A stretch of 5,838 bases of DNA from an uncultured beta proteobacterium. GTDB lineage: Bacteria > Pseudomonadota > Gammaproteobacteria > Burkholderiales > Burkholderiaceae. The notes under the pieces are model-generated. The model ran no database searches. It was not told the DNA's origin and saw nothing but the letters and a program-made list of their open reading frames with translations. A program made the translations under genes and the position numbers. Positions 3,981 through 5,838 of the stretch are shown one piece after another (position 1 is the first letter of the stretch; every line of letters starts with the position of its first letter). The DNA is taken from contig CAIOIX010000327.1 in NCBI GenBank assembly GCA_903858445.1, forward strand, positions 1-5,838, written 5' to 3'.

Positions 3981-4778
3981 CTAGGTTTTAGCTGGGGGTT
4001 TAATAGATGGAAAAACTCCCAGCTCTGCATTGGCTACCAAATGTTTTGCTTGACCCAAGTAGCGACTAACGGCAATTGTCATTCGCCTTTTCTCCAGCTC
4101 AAAGCTCAAATCTTCTCCTGAAGTATCTCGAGCCAAAATATCTAAATCAATCCCAGCTTTCACACCAAGTTCATAGTTATTCAGCGTGGGATTTTCATTT
4201 CTTATCTGAAGCACCTTCAGAAGCATCTCCACAGTTGCCATCCGAATCTTGCTTTTAGTAATTTGACGCTTTGCGGTGCTTTGTTTCCAAATATCAATTT
4301 CCCGATTTGCATAAGCTTCTTTTAAGTGCCGACCAATTTGCCGCATCACTGTTTGCTTGCGCATTGTTAGCGGGATTTGAATAATCATTCGGTCTTTATC
4401 AAGCGCCAATCCTTCAATTTCATTGCGTCCAATTTGAAGAACCTTTTTTAGCGGCTTGGTTTCGGCAAAAATCTTTCTTCCGTTGCCCAGCCACCAAGCC
4501 GCAAATTCTTTACGAACATCCCCAAAATCACGATACAGCGCCTCAAGCTCTCCCCGTCCGCCGCTCTTGCAGCAAATTAGATATTCATCACTAGCCTGCA
4601 ACGTTCGATACCACCAGTAAGCAGGGGACTTTCTAGCTTCCTTCAATTCACTGCCTGGACTCACGCCACGCCTACTGAGCGAGCCAGGAATCATTTTGAT
4701 GTGCTTGTTGGGTAATTGCTCTTCGTTTTCTTCGGTCATTTTGTTAACAAGAATCTCGTTAATTAGTCGTAAATTCAT
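3981..4778 (-). CDS. Hypothetical protein, 265 aa. Possible DNA-binding or regulatory protein, family not recognised.
   Basis: Long ORF with about 45-50% GC. It has a Trp/Tyr-rich motif SPAYWWYRTLQASDEY and a possible HTH-like stretch, NNYELGVKAGIDLD. The start is uncertain: ATG 4778 (weak aaag upstream) or Met14 at 4739. Its stop codon (3981-3983) directly abuts the recombinase stop (3978-3980). Confidence 0.75.
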   Translation of the reverse strand: MNLRLINEILVNKMTEENEEQLPNKHIKMIPGSLSRRGVSPGSELKEARKSPAYWWYRTLQASDEYLICCKSGGRGELEALYRDFGDVRKEFAAWWLGNGRKIFAETKPLKKVLQIGRNEIEGLALDKDRMIIQIPLTMRKQTVMRQIGRHLKEAYANREIDIWKQSTAKRQITKSKIRMATVEMLLKVLQIRNENPTLNNYELGVKAGIDLDILARDTSGEDLSFELEKRRMTIAVSRYLGQAKHLVANAELGVFPSIKPPAKT

Positions 4779-4801
4779 TTTACTTTAAACATTAAATATC
4801 T

Positions 4802-4831
4802 ATTAAAGCCATATTTTATATGGACTGTTAA
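4802..4831 (-). promoter_or_regulatory. Candidate promoter of the 265-aa gene, with a palindrome in the spacer.
   Basis: On the minus strand: TTAACA (4831->4826), an 18-nt spacer, TTTAAT (4807->4802). The spacer contains the palindrome CCATAT-ttt-ATATGG (4809-4823). Motif reading in AT-rich DNA, so chance matches are likely. Confidence 0.25.
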
Positions 4832-4978
4832 CACGATTATATCTAATAGGCTGTGTAGGCTACTTTCATCAATATAAATGTAATACTGGTTTCCATAGTG
4901 ATTCATATCACCGCTCTTTAACAAACGAAGTGTTCTAAAGCTGTAAAGCGCCACTGGCGCCAAAGCGGTAATCACTAT

Positions 4979-5010
4979 TGCTGCAAGGCATCCCGCAATG
5001 CAGCATTTTT
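4979..5010 (+). terminator. Terminator-like hairpin plus T5 in the leader of the 5032 gene. Possible attenuator.
   Basis: TGCTGCA (4979-4985), a 13-nt loop, TGCAGCA (4999-5005), then TTTTT (5006-5010). It ends 10 nt before the SD TGGAG (5021-5025). There is no upstream plus-strand gene for it to terminate. Confidence 0.3.
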
Positions 5011-5031
5011 AACTTAAAAATGGAGTTTTAT

Positions 5032-5838
5032 ATGACACAAACAACTACAGCAGTAAAAACAGCATTTCAACCAACAATAGAAAACCTCGCTTTTGCAGGT
5101 GGTCTAGTAACGCAGTTGGATGGCTTAGTAAGTAAACGTCAGCAGTGGGAAGCTACTGACTACAAGAAAGCAAACGACGGCTTGTACAGCTTGTTAGCCA
5201 GTTGTTTAGACGTCTTCAACAGCAAGTTTATCAATGCCAGCGATGACGACAAAAAAACCCTGCGTGGCGAACTAAAAAATCGTCTAACAGCGGACGGAGT
5301 TCGAGTACAACGCAATACAACCACCTTAACCATGTTTGTGCGTTTCGTATTTGGATCCGATCGTAAGCGTGCGCACGGTTATACCTATGTGCTCAAAGCT
5401 GCGCTTTCATACAAAGTTACAGCAGCTGGCTTACCAACCTGGATTGTTGAGCAGGGCGGCATTGAAGAAGTAAGGCGTCAGATGATTGTCTCGGAAAAAG
5501 CCTTGGAAAACCGAGCAGCCCTTGCAAATGCAAAAGCACAGGTTATTGCTAAGGTTGAGCAAGCTTCTGTAACACCACTAGCAAAGTTCAGCATGACTGG
5601 GGTTAGCGGGGACTATGCATTACTTCTAGCCAAGCCTGCGCCAGATGGGACTGTATCAATCGTGGGCGTGATCTCTGACATCAACGAAGCCTTCTACAAC
5701 GCTTGTTTGTTAAAGATGGCTCGCGTTAGAGCAGCAGATAACGCTGAATCACTTGCTCTTAGCAAAGAAGGTACGGACTTATTAGCTGGCGGTGGTTCTG
5801 CAGCAGCTAACGATTCTGTAGTTCAAAAAGAACTGCTT
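5032..5838 (+). CDS. Hypothetical protein. The first 269 codons are present and the ORF is open at the right edge.
   Basis: I hand-translated all 269 codons and found no stop. The sequence begins MTQTTTAVKTAFQPTIENLAFAGGLVTQLDGLVSKRQQWEATDYKKANDGLYSLLASCLDVFN. A later stretch reads RVQRNTTTLTMFVRFVFGSDRKRAHGYTYVLKAALSYKV...EQGGIEEVRRQM..., and the window ends in ...VVQKELL. SD TGGAG lies 6 nt upstream. GC is about 48-53%. It is missing from the ORF track, presumably because it has no in-window stop. Family not recognised. Confidence 0.8.
   Translation, partial: MTQTTTAVKTAFQPTIENLAFAGGLVTQLDGLVSKRQQWEATDYKKANDGLYSLLASCLDVFNSKFINASDDDKKTLRGELKNRLTADGVRVQRNTTTLTMFVRFVFGSDRKRAHGYTYVLKAALSYKVTAAGLPTWIVEQGGIEEVRRQMIVSEKALENRAALANAKAQVIAKVEQASVTPLAKFSMTGVSGDYALLLAKPAPDGTVSIVGVISDINEAFYNACLLKMARVRAADNAESLALSKEGTDLLAGGGSAAANDSVVQKELL

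Noticed and set aside
4775-4975. Track ORF 4775..4975 (-, 66 aa), whose TGA overlaps the ATG of the 265-aa gene (ATGA).
   Set aside because: The ATGA overlap is suggestive. However, the peptide is the Tyr/Ile/Leu/Phe/Asn-rich product expected from translating AT-rich promoter DNA. Accepting it would leave only 56 bp for two divergent promoters, and the true start of the 265-aa gene may be Met14. I treat it as non-coding.
1-5838. CRISPR arrays, tandem repeat arrays (ToxI-like), IS elements or terminal inverted repeats, retron msr/msd with RT, and rRNA.
   Set aside because: I found no regularly spaced direct repeats, no transposase or reverse-transcriptase-like ORF, and no long terminal inverted repeats on either strand.

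Overview
The window holds a tRNA-Phe(GAA) locus followed by an accessory, mobile-element-like block. I cannot assign an organism.

Left edge: the first 21 codons of a leftward membrane or secreted protein gene (1-65), a UUCG-tetraloop intrinsic terminator (128-151) and a minus-strand tRNA-Phe (161-236).

Right of the tRNA, on its 5' (promoter) side, in order:
- An AT-rich 331-aa SIR2_2/AbiH-like gene (409-1404, -). My hand count gives about 36% GC against about 45-50% for its neighbours.
- Two tightly coupled small ORFs that fall below the ORF-track length cutoff (59 aa at 1452-1631 and 48 aa at 1634-1780, both -).
- A perfect 10-bp hairpin (1791-1818).
- A basic 146-aa conserved hypothetical gene (1826-2266, -).
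- A 384-bp repeat-dense divergent control region.
- A 152-aa orphan gene (2650-3108, +) with a long-loop terminator.
- A perfect 13-6-13 palindrome (3271-3302).
- A 188-aa catalytic-domain-only tyrosine recombinase (3414-3980, +).
- A convergent 265-aa hypothetical gene that abuts the recombinase with zero spacer (3981-4778, -).
- A 269-codon ORF that runs off the right edge (5032-5838, +) and is absent from the ORF track.

Main leads:
1. The standalone SIR2-like protein is a candidate defence effector. The normally invariant active-site His position is Asn.
2. The promoters of the 146-aa gene and of the recombinase are homologous. Both carry the same GGTCGACC palindrome at the same position in the -35/-10 spacer, which suggests a shared regulon.
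3. A 21-nt motif (20/21 identical) is directly repeated at both outer ends of the 146-aa/152-aa module.
4. A lox/FRT/dif-style 13-6-13 site lies just upstream of the short recombinase.

No CRISPR array, IS element, transposase or rRNA is visible. All functional assignments come from motif reading by eye and need HMM or structure searches.
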